DNA of 64,000 nucleotides from an uncultured Bacilli bacterium (GTDB lineage Bacteria; Bacillota_I; Bacilli_A; RF39; UBA660): NCBI GenBank assembly GCA_958413985.1, contig CATYVZ010000003.1, positions 18,751 to 82,750 of the forward strand, read 5' to 3'. Shown piece by piece: positions 1 to 10,363 of this stretch (position 1 is its first letter; each line of letters starts with the position of its first letter). The notes under the pieces were generated by a model. It saw only the letters and a program-made list of their open reading frames with translations, ran no database searches and was not told where the DNA came from. The position numbers and the translations under genes were made by a program.

Positions 1-1829
1 ACCGACTCTCTGGATTTTTAACTTTGTTACCATATATCGTTCTAGCCTCAGCATTTACTAGCCATAACCTTTTTTTAGCTCTTGTTAAAGCTACATAACA
101 TAGTCTTCTTTCTTCCTCTAACTGTTCTTTATTTTCAAAAGAATTTAAATGTGGGAAAATACTTTCTTCCAAACCGACAATAAAAACATTATCAAACTCT
201 AAACCTTTAGCAGAATGAACTGTCATCAAAGTAACGCCTTCGTTATCTTTATACTCGGTTACGTCAGCTACTAAGCTTATCTCATTTAAAAAATCTTCCA
301 AACTAATTATACCATAATTTTCCTCAAATTGTATAGCAATAGTCTTAAACTCTTTAAGATTTTCAATTCTAGACTCCGCTTCGATCGTACCTTCATTTTC
401 TAATTCTTTTATTAAACCTGTCTTATCTAACACTAACTCAATAAAACTAACTAAAGTCATCTCATCTTTTTGCTTTCTTAATTCCTCAATTAATTGTTTA
501 AACTCTAATTCTTTCCCCATTTCAATCGCATCATAAAGTGAAATATTTAAACTGTTAGCTTTGTCTTTTAATTTATCAAGAGTTGTTTTACCTATCTTTC
601 TTCTTGGAACATTGATAATTCTCATTAAACTTACATCATCATCTTTGTTATAGATAAGCTTTAAATAGGCCATCAAATCCTTTATCTCTTTACGATTATA
701 GAAATATACACTGCCAATCACTTTATAAGGAATGTTACTTAAAACTAATTCTTTTTCTAAATTTTGCGATTGAGCATTAGTACGATAAAGTATTGCGATA
801 CTGCTTAATTTAATCTTAGAATCAAGTAATTGATTTATCTGTTTAATAACATAATAAGCTTCATCTTTCTCATTTAAAGCCGTATGATACTCAATTTTGA
901 CACCTTCTTCATTTTCAGTCCACAAATTTTTATCTTTACGATGAACATTATTTTTAATAAGTTCATTAGAAGCCTCAATAATAGTTTTAGTCGAACGATA
1001 ATTCTGCTCTAAATAGACAGTTTTACAATCAGGATAATCTTTTTCAAAATTTAAAATATTCTTATAGTTAGAGCCACGCCATGAATAAATAGATTGACTA
1101 TCATCGCCAACAACGCAAATATTTTTATATTTGCTACTTATCATTTTAGCTAATAAATATTGAGCCTCATTAGTATCTTGATATTCATCGATTAATATAT
1201 ATTTGTATTGTTCTTGATATTCTTTCAAAACAGACGGATATTTTCTAAATAAAACAATAGGTAACATTAATAAATCATCAAAATCAACACTATTGTTTCT
1301 TTTCAATCTTTCCTCATATCTTCGGTAAACATCTAAAACCATTTCATCGTAATCATTACCTACAAATCTTTCAAATTCAACACTATCCACTAAAGCATTT
1401 TTATTGTTGCTGATAATACTTTTAATTACGCGGTAATTTTCGTCATAATTCCTATCTTTTAAAATACCTTTAATTACAACATTGCTATCATCACTATCTA
1501 AAATAGTAAAGTTTTTACTTAACCCTAATTTATCATAATGCTTCTGCAAAATAGAAAGACCAAACGAGTGAAAAGTCGATATTTGAATCTTATAACCAAC
1601 TGCGCCAACCATACTTAAGATTCGCTCTTTCATCTCTTTAGCTGCTTTGTTAGTAAAAGTAATTGCTAAAATATTACTAGGAGCAACATTTTTTTCTAAA
1701 ACTAAATAGGCAACCTTAGTTGTTAAGACCTTAGTTTTCCCACTACCAGCCCCCGCTAAAACCAAAAGATGTCCTTCTGTTATATTAATTGCTTCTTTTT
1801 GTCTATCGTTTAAAGAACCCAAGTCCATA
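1..1829 (-). CDS. pcrA: ATP-dependent DNA helicase, UvrD/PcrA family (5' partial at window edge; N-terminus MDLGSLNDRQKEAINITEGHLLVLAGAGSGKTKVLT)
   Basis: Reverse-strand translation from ATG at 1827-1829 gives Walker A AGAGSGKT and UvrD-type helicase motifs (ILIDEYQDTN, VVGDDSQSIYSWRGS). The ORF runs off the window start. Confidence 0.85.
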
Positions 1830-1976
1830 CTTTCACATCCTTATATTGATTATAACACACGATAGACCATATCTTCAACCTAACATTACAAAAAATACTT
1901 CTCATAATAGCATAAATTTATATTGTAATTAACGACAAGATGTGATATTATTTAATTGTAATGGGGTAAGTGGAAA

Positions 1977-4028
1977 ATGGAAATACAAGAACTTTTTAAA
2001 AATAACATAAAATATACTTTAAAAGAAATTCAAAAAAAAGTAAACTGTGATTTAGAAACACTAATTAGTGATTTAAAACTTTTAGAAGAACAAGGTGTAA
2101 TTGTAGAAATTGATAACTTTTATCAAAAACTACCAAAATCTAATTATATAGTTAAAGAATTAAAAGGCTTAAAAAACGGTTATGGTGTTTTTTATTTAAA
2201 CAATGAACGTTATACTGTCCATCGATTAGATTTAAACGGAGCTTTAAATAATGACTTATGCTTATTTGTATATGACAAAGAAAGAAAACAAGCCAAAGTC
2301 AAAAAAATAATAAAAAGAGCTAATGACTTAATCGTTGCTGAAATGAAAAATGGCAAATTAGAAGTTTTAGGGCAAACGATCGACTATAAATTAGTTTTGC
2401 CATCTAACGAAACAAAAAAACTAGTAGATGGCCAAAGAGTTTTAATTAAATTAAACAATATTGGAAATGATTTAAACGGCCACATAGTTGAGGTTATCGG
2501 GCATAAAAACGATCCTGATATCGATTTAAAGCAAATTGCTTTAAGTAAAAGTTTTGCGCTAAATTTTGGACAAAAAGTTTTAGATGAATTAGACTATATT
2601 CCTAATGAAATCACCACCGAAGAACTAGAAGGAAGATTAGATTTACGAGATAAACTAATTTATACTATCGACTGTGATCGGACTAAAGATATCGATGATG
2701 CTATTAGCATTGAGGTAAATGCTGATGGCAATTTTGTCTTGGGCGTACATATAGCTGATGTTAGCCACTATGTTAAATATGGAAGTGCTTTGTTTCAAGA
2801 AGCATACTCAAGAGGAACTAGTGTCTATATGCTCGATTCAGTTATTCCAATGTTACCTAAGTATCTTTCTAATGGAATATGTTCCTTAAATCCTAATGTT
2901 GATCGCCTAACTAAATCATGTATTATGGAAATAAATAAAGATGGTGAAGTTATCGATTATAAAATTGTTAAAAGTATCATCAACTCTAAAATGAAAATGA
3001 GCTATTCTAACGTCAATAATGCTTTGGAAAAAAATATAATTAAGGCTGATTACCTTCCTTATGTTGATAATTTAAAATTAGCTAAAAAACTAAGCGAAAT
3101 TTTAAGTGAAGCTAATTTTAAAAGAGGTTATATCGACTTTCAAAGCAATGATTTAGAAGTGGTTTTAAACGATCAGAATAAACCTTTAAATTTTACTACA
3201 CCTAAACAAGCAACTGCCGAGAAAATTATTGAAAATTTCATGTTAATTGCTAACGAAACTGTTGCTAGTCACTACTGTTATTATCCTTTTCTTTATCGAA
3301 TTCACGAAATTCCAGATAATGATATTTTAATTAAAACCTTTAGTTTATTGCGTATTTTAGGATATAAAGTACCACACATTAAAAATTTTAGCAATCCTAA
3401 AACAATTCAAGGTATCTTAAGAAATTTAATCGACGATAAAAACTTTAAAATAATTTCTAATTTTATTTTACTAGGATTAAAAAAAGCGCATTATTCTCAA
3501 GAAAATACTGGACATTATGCCCTAGCATTTGATAAATATACCCATTTTACTTCACCGATCAGAAGAATATGCGATCTAATTGTTCATAACCTTATCGATA
3601 TGTATGATGATCCTAACTTGGATATCGAAATTTTAAATCAATTAGACAAATTATTAGCTGAAGCGGGAATCCAAGCTTCACAAAGAGAAAGACAAGCAGA
3701 AGAAGCAGAAAATGAAGCTACTATCATGAAAATGGCCGAATATATGGAAGATCATATAAATCAATATTTTAATGGTGTAATTACCAATATCAACTCAAAT
3801 GGACTGTTTGTCGAAACCACTAACAATGTCACTGGAAAAGTTTTATTTAAAGATATTAAACATGACTTTTATCGCTTCGATCGCGAAACATTTTCTATGA
3901 TTGGAAAAAAGACTAATCAAAGATTAAAAATAGGTGACTATGTTCGTATTAGAGTCAAAGATGCATCAAAAGAAAATCGAACTGTCGATTTCGAAATAGT
4001 TGAAAAAATAAAAAAAATGATATTTTAA
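1977..4028 (+). CDS. rnr: Ribonuclease R (RNB-family 3'-5' exoribonuclease with C-terminal S1 domain)
   Basis: 683-aa ORF with RNB catalytic motifs (DIDDAISIE, HYALAFDKYTHFTSPIRRICDLIVH) and an S1-like C-terminus. Confidence 0.88.
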   Translation: MEIQELFKNNIKYTLKEIQKKVNCDLETLISDLKLLEEQGVIVEIDNFYQKLPKSNYIVKELKGLKNGYGVFYLNNERYTVHRLDLNGALNNDLCLFVYDKERKQAKVKKIIKRANDLIVAEMKNGKLEVLGQTIDYKLVLPSNETKKLVDGQRVLIKLNNIGNDLNGHIVEVIGHKNDPDIDLKQIALSKSFALNFGQKVLDELDYIPNEITTEELEGRLDLRDKLIYTIDCDRTKDIDDAISIEVNADGNFVLGVHIADVSHYVKYGSALFQEAYSRGTSVYMLDSVIPMLPKYLSNGICSLNPNVDRLTKSCIMEINKDGEVIDYKIVKSIINSKMKMSYSNVNNALEKNIIKADYLPYVDNLKLAKKLSEILSEANFKRGYIDFQSNDLEVVLNDQNKPLNFTTPKQATAEKIIENFMLIANETVASHYCYYPFLYRIHEIPDNDILIKTFSLLRILGYKVPHIKNFSNPKTIQGILRNLIDDKNFKIISNFILLGLKKAHYSQENTGHYALAFDKYTHFTSPIRRICDLIVHNLIDMYDDPNLDIEILNQLDKLLAEAGIQASQRERQAEEAENEATIMKMAEYMEDHINQYFNGVITNINSNGLFVETTNNVTGKVLFKDIKHDFYRFDRETFSMIGKKTNQRLKIGDYVRIRVKDASKENRTVDFEIVEKIKKMIF

Positions 4029-4037
4029 TCACAAATC

Positions 4038-5978
4038 GTGATATTATTTATAGTAGGTGGTAATATGAAAAGATTAGCGATGAGTTTCCTAATAAATTTA
4101 GGGTTGTTATTATGGTTAGAACTTGTATTTCAACTGGCTATTTTTGATAGTTTTGAAAAATCGACAATAATTAGTATCGTGATATTTACGATTCTAATAG
4201 CACTAATTATAACAACCATAACTAATGTTTTTAGTGAAAAAGTAAATAAAATTATAAACTATACTTTTTACTCTATTTTAATTATTCTCTATGGCATTCA
4301 GCTAGTTTTCAAAAATTTCTTCAATACTTTTTTTTCTTTTGCCTTGCTAAAAATTTCTGATCAAGCTTTTGATTTTGCAGATCAAATTTTCAAATTGATT
4401 TTTGCAAATATCGGCTATATTATTCTATTTGCCGTACCACTAATTCTATTGATAATATTTAGAAAAAAATTTAATTTGAATAACGATGGCAACCGAATCA
4501 ATACCTTAATTATTGGCATCATTTTGATTTCGTTAAACTGCCTTATCTTTGTCTTATTTTTAAATTCACAAAAAGGTATTTATTTATCGCCTTATTCACT
4601 TTACTATGAAGTTAATGAAAATGAATTAAATATACAAAAACTAGGCGTTATCAATTCTTATTATTTGGATATAAAAAGATCGCTTTTGGGATTTGATGAA
4701 AAAATAATAACGGAAGTTCCTAAAGAAACAGAACAAGATCCTATTATTAATTATCAATATAATATAACTGATATTGATATTCAAAATCTTAAAGGTATTT
4801 TAGATGTCAATACTTACAATTATATAGCAAGTAATTCTGGAACTAGACAAAATAAATATACGGGATTATTTGAAGGCAAAAATTTAATCTATATTGTGGC
4901 TGAATCTTTTAGCGAAATTGCAATCGACGAAGAACTAACACCAACATTATATAAATTGACCAATTCTGGCTTTGTTTTCAATAATTTTTATACTCCTAAC
5001 TATTTAAGTACAATCGGTGGCGAGTTTCAAGCGTTAACTGGCTTAATTCCAAACAAATCTACCTTAAGTACTTGGCGAAATGGGAACAATTATTTTCCTT
5101 ACGGATTAGGGACAGTATTTAAAAATGAAGGTTATGCTACTTATGCTTATCATAACCACAATGGCTACTTTCAAGATAGAAATAAATATTTAGCTTCTTT
5201 AGGTTTTGATAATTTTAAGGCCTGTAAAATGGGGTTAAATATTAACTGCAATAATTGGCCTGAAAGTGATGTTGAAATGATCGAAGCAACTTTTGAGGAA
5301 TATATGAATAGTGAGCAACCTTTTATGACTTATTATATGACTGTATCAGGACATTTAAATTATAATTGGTATAATTCGATGGCTGTTAAAAATAAAAACC
5401 TAGTTAAAGATTTACCATATTCAGATAGTGTTAAAGCATATATTGCAACACAAATTGAATTAGATAGAGCTTTAGAACTATTGATCGATAAGTTAGAGGA
5501 ATATGACCAATTAGATAATACTGTTATCGTTATGTTAGCTGATCATTATCCATATGGTTTAAGTATCGATCAAATTAACGAATTATCAACTTATACACGT
5601 GATGCTTTATTTGAAATAAACCACAATAAACTAATAATCTGGAATAATAAACTAAACACTATTACGATCGACAAAGTAGCAATGTCAGCTGATGTTTTAC
5701 CAACCGTTTATAATTTGTTCGGTATTGACTATGATTCAAGGTTATTTTCAGGTACCGATATATTGAGTACTACTGAAGGGATAGCGATATTTGGCAATCG
5801 TTCTTGGATTACTGATAAAGCTATTTTTAACGCTACAACTAATACCTATGTTAGTATTGATGAAGAAATTAATAAAAGCTACGTCGATAGAATCAATCGC
5901 TTAGTAGGTAGTAAAATTGATTTTAGTAAACAAATGATAAGTAATGATTATTATAAAAAAATTTTCCTAGGAGCTTAA
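4038..5978 (+). CDS. LTA synthase / sulfatase-family membrane protein (phosphoglycerol transferase-like)
   Basis: 646 aa. N-terminal multi-TM region is followed by an extracytoplasmic alkaline-phosphatase/sulfatase-like domain, the LtaS architecture. Confidence 0.55.
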   Translation: MILFIVGGNMKRLAMSFLINLGLLLWLELVFQLAIFDSFEKSTIISIVIFTILIALIITTITNVFSEKVNKIINYTFYSILIILYGIQLVFKNFFNTFFSFALLKISDQAFDFADQIFKLIFANIGYIILFAVPLILLIIFRKKFNLNNDGNRINTLIIGIILISLNCLIFVLFLNSQKGIYLSPYSLYYEVNENELNIQKLGVINSYYLDIKRSLLGFDEKIITEVPKETEQDPIINYQYNITDIDIQNLKGILDVNTYNYIASNSGTRQNKYTGLFEGKNLIYIVAESFSEIAIDEELTPTLYKLTNSGFVFNNFYTPNYLSTIGGEFQALTGLIPNKSTLSTWRNGNNYFPYGLGTVFKNEGYATYAYHNHNGYFQDRNKYLASLGFDNFKACKMGLNINCNNWPESDVEMIEATFEEYMNSEQPFMTYYMTVSGHLNYNWYNSMAVKNKNLVKDLPYSDSVKAYIATQIELDRALELLIDKLEEYDQLDNTVIVMLADHYPYGLSIDQINELSTYTRDALFEINHNKLIIWNNKLNTITIDKVAMSADVLPTVYNLFGIDYDSRLFSGTDILSTTEGIAIFGNRSWITDKAIFNATTNTYVSIDEEINKSYVDRINRLVGSKIDFSKQMISNDYYKKIFLGA

Positions 5979-6053
5979 ATTAGCTCTTTTTTGTTAATCA
6001 CTATAATTTCTATTTTGAATATAATAAAGAGAAAGCTGAAAGGAGGATAATAT

Positions 6054-6506
6054 TTGAAAAAAATTATTATACCGATAATTTTAATTTTAATCGTTGGGGT
6101 GGTAGTTGCGGTTTTAATGCTAAAACCAAAAGACAGTGACTTAACTAAAATTAAAGTAGCTGAAGTTACCCATAGTGTATTTTATTCACCACAATATGTT
6201 GCTCATGCCTTAGGATATTTTGAAGATGAAGGATTAGATGTAGAGTTAATGCTAGTCCCAGGAGCCGATAAAGTTACCGCTGCTGTTTTATCAGGTGATG
6301 TTCAAATTGGTTTTTGTGGTAGTGAAGCATCAATCTATGTATATAACCAAGGGCAAGAAGACTATTTAGTTAATTTTGCCGGACTTACTAAAAGAGATGG
6401 TAGTTTTATCGTTGCTAGAGAAAACATTGAAAACTTCACTTTAGAAGATTTAAAAGGTAAGACTATTATTGGTGGAAGAATCGGTCATCGGACGATAAAC
6501 TTATAA
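6054..6506 (+). pseudogene. N-terminal fragment of an NMT1/SsuA-like ABC substrate-binding lipoprotein gene, interrupted by a mobile element
   Basis: TTG start with GAAAGGAGG RBS. Signal/TM region then an SBP fold up to ...GKTIIGG. The last 9 codons (RIGHRTINL*) are element DNA. The continuation of the gene is at 10364. Confidence 0.7.
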
Positions 6507-6510
6507 TATT

Positions 6511-7227
6511 TTAATTAGCTAGTAACTTACTTTCACCATTTGTATAATTAATTTGAATTCCATCTTGAACGTTATAAATATATACATTAAAACAGATATC
6601 ATTACATCTATCTTCTACTGAACTTGCTTCAATTTGAACACCACTAATTAATAGATTATTTTCTTCGAAAATTGGTGTTACTCGATATAAAACATGATTA
6701 TTTGTTTCTTTGATATAATTTGCTACTTTGTTTTCAAAAGGTAACATACCATTATTATTCATATTCTTAGTACAAGTAACTAAATTTTTTTCATTTGCAT
6801 TTTCCCCAGTTAATTGATAACCAATCAAATGGCACCTATTATACAAATACCTGCCACTAACAATATCGTATTCAGCCTGTTTCCAACCAGTCGGATAAAT
6901 ATTACTAATACTTCCCCTTTCTTCTGTTGGCATCAGGTCTTGTCCAATGTTAGCAAATGCTACTCCCACTCTTCCAAAAATGTCTAAATCACTATATTTT
7001 TCAAAAGAAGAACTTTGATAATCTTCGTCACTAAAATTAGGTTTATCATCATTTAAAACAACATAAGGTTGTCCACTATATTCTGGTAAATTATCTAAAT
7101 TATAAACTGGTATATTTACCTTCTGAATAAAAAATATGACTGCTATTGCTATTAAAATAAAAATTAGCATTACTACTAAAACAACAGCTAATTTATTTGA
7201 TTTTTGCTTAGTATTAGTTATCTTCAT
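6511..7227 (-). CDS. Membrane-anchored DNA/RNA non-specific endonuclease (EndA/NucA-like, variant NRCHL motif)
   Basis: 238 aa. N-terminal signal anchor (LAVVLVVMLIFILIAIAVIFFI). NRCHLIGYQLTGENANEKNLVTCTKNMNNNGMLPFEN resembles the DRGHL active-site block of EndA-type nucleases. Overlaps the upstream gene by 14 nt. Confidence 0.6.
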   Translation of the reverse strand: MKITNTKQKSNKLAVVLVVMLIFILIAIAVIFFIQKVNIPVYNLDNLPEYSGQPYVVLNDDKPNFSDEDYQSSSFEKYSDLDIFGRVGVAFANIGQDLMPTEERGSISNIYPTGWKQAEYDIVSGRYLYNRCHLIGYQLTGENANEKNLVTCTKNMNNNGMLPFENKVANYIKETNNHVLYRVTPIFEENNLLISGVQIEASSVEDRCNDICFNVYIYNVQDGIQINYTNGESKLLAN

Positions 7228-8401
7228 CGATAATCCTTTTTAACTTATTAATTCTACTAAATAATAGCATACATATTTTATCAATTCTTCTATCAGTTAT
7301 ATGAGTAATATTTTGATATTGATGTAATAGACCATCAAATTCTTCTACTACACCATCTAATTTAGATATGTCAAATCTTTTAATATCTTTGATATGATCT
7401 AACATTTTATCAAAATTATCTACATTATAGAAAAATCTTCCTTGTCCATTGATAATTACATCTTCGTCATTATAGTCTAAAATATTTAAAGACTGTCCAT
7501 TATCAAAAATAGGAGCAACATCTAGCCATTTTAGTGTATTAACATCTCTTATAATACCAAAATTATTAAGGTGTCTATCTTCATTCATAATAATATAATC
7601 CAAAATAAACATGTCTTCTATTTTTTCTCTTGCTTTATCAATTCCATGATTTTCTAAAATGTTAATGTATTCTTCATAAGCATTTTCCTTATTACAATTA
7701 TTATGAAGTATTTGATAGGCTGTAACAAGTTCTGTGTCTTTATTGATAAAGCATGCGCATTTTGAAACCACTTTATTTGCGACAATGCCTATTTGATATT
7801 TTGTATGATAAAAACCTAATCTTTCACAAATCATAGAAGCTAACACTTCATTAAAAGGTTGCATAATTTCGTTTTTAAATCCGCCTTTTAGCAAATATCT
7901 TTTATGATTATCAATAATCCAAGTTTTTTTTAATCTGCCATCAGTAGTATTATTAGGTGAGATTAAACTAATTTCTGTACTATAATCATTCGAATTAGAG
8001 AATGTTGCATTGGTAAAATCTGCCGAATTAAAATCATGTTCAAAAAAATTGATATCTTTATATTCTACATTACTGTCATAGGGTTTTATCCAATATTGAT
8101 CTGATAAAGATAATCCAAAAGCTTTATCTAATAGTTCTTCAGCAGTAGTCACATTTAATTTGGCTAACAACAAATCAAGATCATCACGCAATGATGGAAT
8201 ACCTCTACCTTTATACCACTCTGTTAATTGTTCTAACATCGCATTATCATTTTGGTTATTTTGATATAATTTTTTTATAATAACTGGTGCATAATCGATA
8301 TTTTTAATTTCATTTAATTCGCTAAAACCTTTAAGTACAGTATTATATTCGGCAATTAATACTTCAGTATTCTTATTCATTAATATACATTTCATAATCA
8401 C
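7214..8401 (-). CDS. HipA-like Ser/Thr kinase family protein (catalytic-loop variant)
   Basis: 395 aa. NEDRHLNNFGII matches the HipA catalytic loop (NTDDHLKNFS) but with Lys replaced by Asn. DVAPIFDNGQSL matches the HipA activation loop (LAPAYD). The N-terminus has a HipA-N-like GLSLSDQYW block. Confidence 0.6.
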   Translation of the reverse strand: MIMKCILMNKNTEVLIAEYNTVLKGFSELNEIKNIDYAPVIIKKLYQNNQNDNAMLEQLTEWYKGRGIPSLRDDLDLLLAKLNVTTAEELLDKAFGLSLSDQYWIKPYDSNVEYKDINFFEHDFNSADFTNATFSNSNDYSTEISLISPNNTTDGRLKKTWIIDNHKRYLLKGGFKNEIMQPFNEVLASMICERLGFYHTKYQIGIVANKVVSKCACFINKDTELVTAYQILHNNCNKENAYEEYINILENHGIDKAREKIEDMFILDYIIMNEDRHLNNFGIIRDVNTLKWLDVAPIFDNGQSLNILDYNDEDVIINGQGRFFYNVDNFDKMLDHIKDIKRFDISKLDGVVEEFDGLLHQYQNITHITDRRIDKICMLLFSRINKLKRIIDEDN

Positions 8402-8446
8402 ACCTTCTTTCTATTTATATTTTACCATGTTTTTAATGATTTTTCA

Positions 8447-10006
8447 TTAGTATAGTTTAAACTTATAATGTATTTCGACAGTTTTATTTTCACTAATAAG
8501 TATCTTATCAATTAAATTTACTAATAAATTTCTGTTAGGTTTTTCGAATGTTAAATATTCGTTTATCTTTTTTAAAGTTTCTTCTTTTTCATTATTATCT
8601 TCACCACCAATATTATTAAGTTGTTCTTCTAATTCTAATCTTTGATTTTTCCATAGTTTTATTTCTTCTTTATATTTTAATGATAATCTGTTAAACATTG
8701 CAATATCTATATTACCTTTTAATTTGTCTTCGTAAATTTTATCTATATATGTTATATCATTACTGATTTTTCTATTTAAAGAATTTATCTCTTTGTTTAA
8801 TTTCACCCTAACATCATTTTTTTTCTTGGCTTTCTCAACTTTATCTTTAAAGGTAGAACTATCAACATATTCTTCACACATTTTTCTAATATTTTCTAAT
8901 ACTAATGTTTCTAATTTTTGATAATTATTAGAATGTGGCGTGCATAAGCCAAATTTACTATGTGCTGAATAATAAGTACATACACAATATTTTCTTTTTC
9001 TATCACTACTCTTATTTATACCTATTGCGTGTCCACATTCTTTGCATACCATAAAGCCAGATAATAATTCTAAATTTTGCGGATTAACTTTATTTTTGTT
9101 CTTTTTTAATAAATCTTGAACTGTGTTAAAAGTATCTTTATCTATTATTGCCTCGTGGGTATTTTCAATAATTATCCATTCTTCTTTTGGTGTTCTAATT
9201 TCTTTTTTAGATTTATAATTTACTTTTCTTCTTCTTCCTTGTGTAAGATTTCCTATATATGTTTCATTTGTAAGCATTTCTTCGATAGTTCTAGGACACC
9301 ATAATTTGTATGCTGTGGATTTCATTCCCCTATTTAGATTGGCATAAACACTAGGGGTTGGAATATGTTCACAAGAGAATATATTTGCTATTTGTCTTGG
9401 ACTTTTGCCTTCTATACTCAAGTTAAACATTTTTTCAATAATAGGTCTAATTTCTTCATCAACAATTATCTTATGTTTATCATTAGGATCTTTTTTATAA
9501 CCATAAACTGCTTTCCATCCTAAAAATTGACCCTTTTCCTTTTTTGCTTTTACAATTTTTCTAATTTTTTTTGATGCATCTTTTAAATAATAATCGTTAA
9601 ACATTAACTTAAACTGCAAAAATTCTAGCCCTGGAGTTTCATATAAAGTATCAATATCATCATTTAAAGCAATATATCTTATATCTCTTTCAGGGAATAC
9701 TCTTTCGATATATTCCCCCATTGAGATATAATCTCTTCCCATACGAGATAAATCTTTTGTAACTATGGTATTGATTTTCCCACTATCAATATCCATTAAT
9801 AGTTTTTGCCAAGCAGGTCTATCAAAATTAGAACCAGTAAAACCATCATCGACATATTCATCGATGTAGCAAAGTTTTTCTTCTGTTTGTTCTAAGAACA
9901 TAGTAAGTAAATCTCTTTGATTTTTTATGCTCTCGCTTTCCATATTATCGCCATCTTCTCGAGAAAGTCTAATATACAAAGCACAGTTATATGTTTTACT
10001 TTTCAA
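8447..10006 (-). CDS. Large serine recombinase (resolvase catalytic domain + recombinase domain + zinc ribbon/coiled coil)
   Basis: 519 aa. N-terminal ALYIRLSREDGD with the catalytic Ser, then a recombinase domain, Cys-rich CKECGH...CVCTYYSAHSKFGLCTPH, and a C-terminal coiled coil. Confidence 0.9.
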   Translation of the reverse strand: MKSKTYNCALYIRLSREDGDNMESESIKNQRDLLTMFLEQTEEKLCYIDEYVDDGFTGSNFDRPAWQKLLMDIDSGKINTIVTKDLSRMGRDYISMGEYIERVFPERDIRYIALNDDIDTLYETPGLEFLQFKLMFNDYYLKDASKKIRKIVKAKKEKGQFLGWKAVYGYKKDPNDKHKIIVDEEIRPIIEKMFNLSIEGKSPRQIANIFSCEHIPTPSVYANLNRGMKSTAYKLWCPRTIEEMLTNETYIGNLTQGRRRKVNYKSKKEIRTPKEEWIIIENTHEAIIDKDTFNTVQDLLKKNKNKVNPQNLELLSGFMVCKECGHAIGINKSSDRKRKYCVCTYYSAHSKFGLCTPHSNNYQKLETLVLENIRKMCEEYVDSSTFKDKVEKAKKKNDVRVKLNKEINSLNRKISNDITYIDKIYEDKLKGNIDIAMFNRLSLKYKEEIKLWKNQRLELEEQLNNIGGEDNNEKEETLKKINEYLTFEKPNRNLLVNLIDKILISENKTVEIHYKFKLY

Positions 10007-10048
10007 ATTCTAACTCCTTTCTTGGTAAAACACATTTGTATTATAATA

Positions 10049-10153
10049 TTATTTCCTAAAAGAACCAATCTCCAAACAATAATCAATTAAAAACTGCTCT
10101 ATAATATCTTGTAGTGTTTTGCCGTTATCGCTAAAAACGTTTATAATTTTCAT
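10049..10153 (-). CDS. 34-aa ORF with strong RBS immediately upstream of the recombinase gene (MKIINVFSDNGKTLQDIIEQFLIDYCLEIGSFRK)
   Basis: AGGTGG sits 7 nt upstream of the ATG. It lies inside the element near the attR end and its function is unknown. Confidence 0.25.
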   Translation of the reverse strand: MKIINVFSDNGKTLQDIIEQFLIDYCLEIGSFRK

Positions 10154-10363
10154 TATTTACCACCTAGTTAAACTTATGTTTTAAATAAGTTTATAATACT
10201 TATACGTTTAAAACGACATTTCCTTATTAGTCTGTTTTTTATTTTTGGTACCTTTTATATTACCTTTAATGGCGTAATAAATTGTTTACAATCCAAACTT
10301 GATCCAACTTTCTTATATTTATTGTTTTTTTCACATCATAAGTTTTAATGCCGATAAGGTGGA

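Noticed and set aside
9116-9304. Short opposite-strand or nested ORFs from the six-frame track: 9116-9304, 10955-11287, 11859-12092, 16255-16476, 16780-17301, 16826-17011, 17465-17710, 18485-18736, 20421-20717, 23459-23650, 25549-25797, 26533-27489 set, 29548-29808, 30469-30738, 34631-34858, 35280-35468, 36859-37083, 37464-37712, 38095-38313, 38755-38979, 41726-42034, 42915-43220, 43225-43440, 43669-43890, 43903-44097, 44986-45180, 48424-48780, 51281-51514, 53735-54025, 56366-56575, 57486-57815, 58365-58568, 60430-60660, 61634-61858
   Set aside because: All lie antisense to, or inside, long well-supported genes. Their composition is the low-complexity Ile/Leu/Phe/Ser pattern expected from reading AT-rich DNA in the wrong frame, with no RBS-start context. 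Treated as noise.
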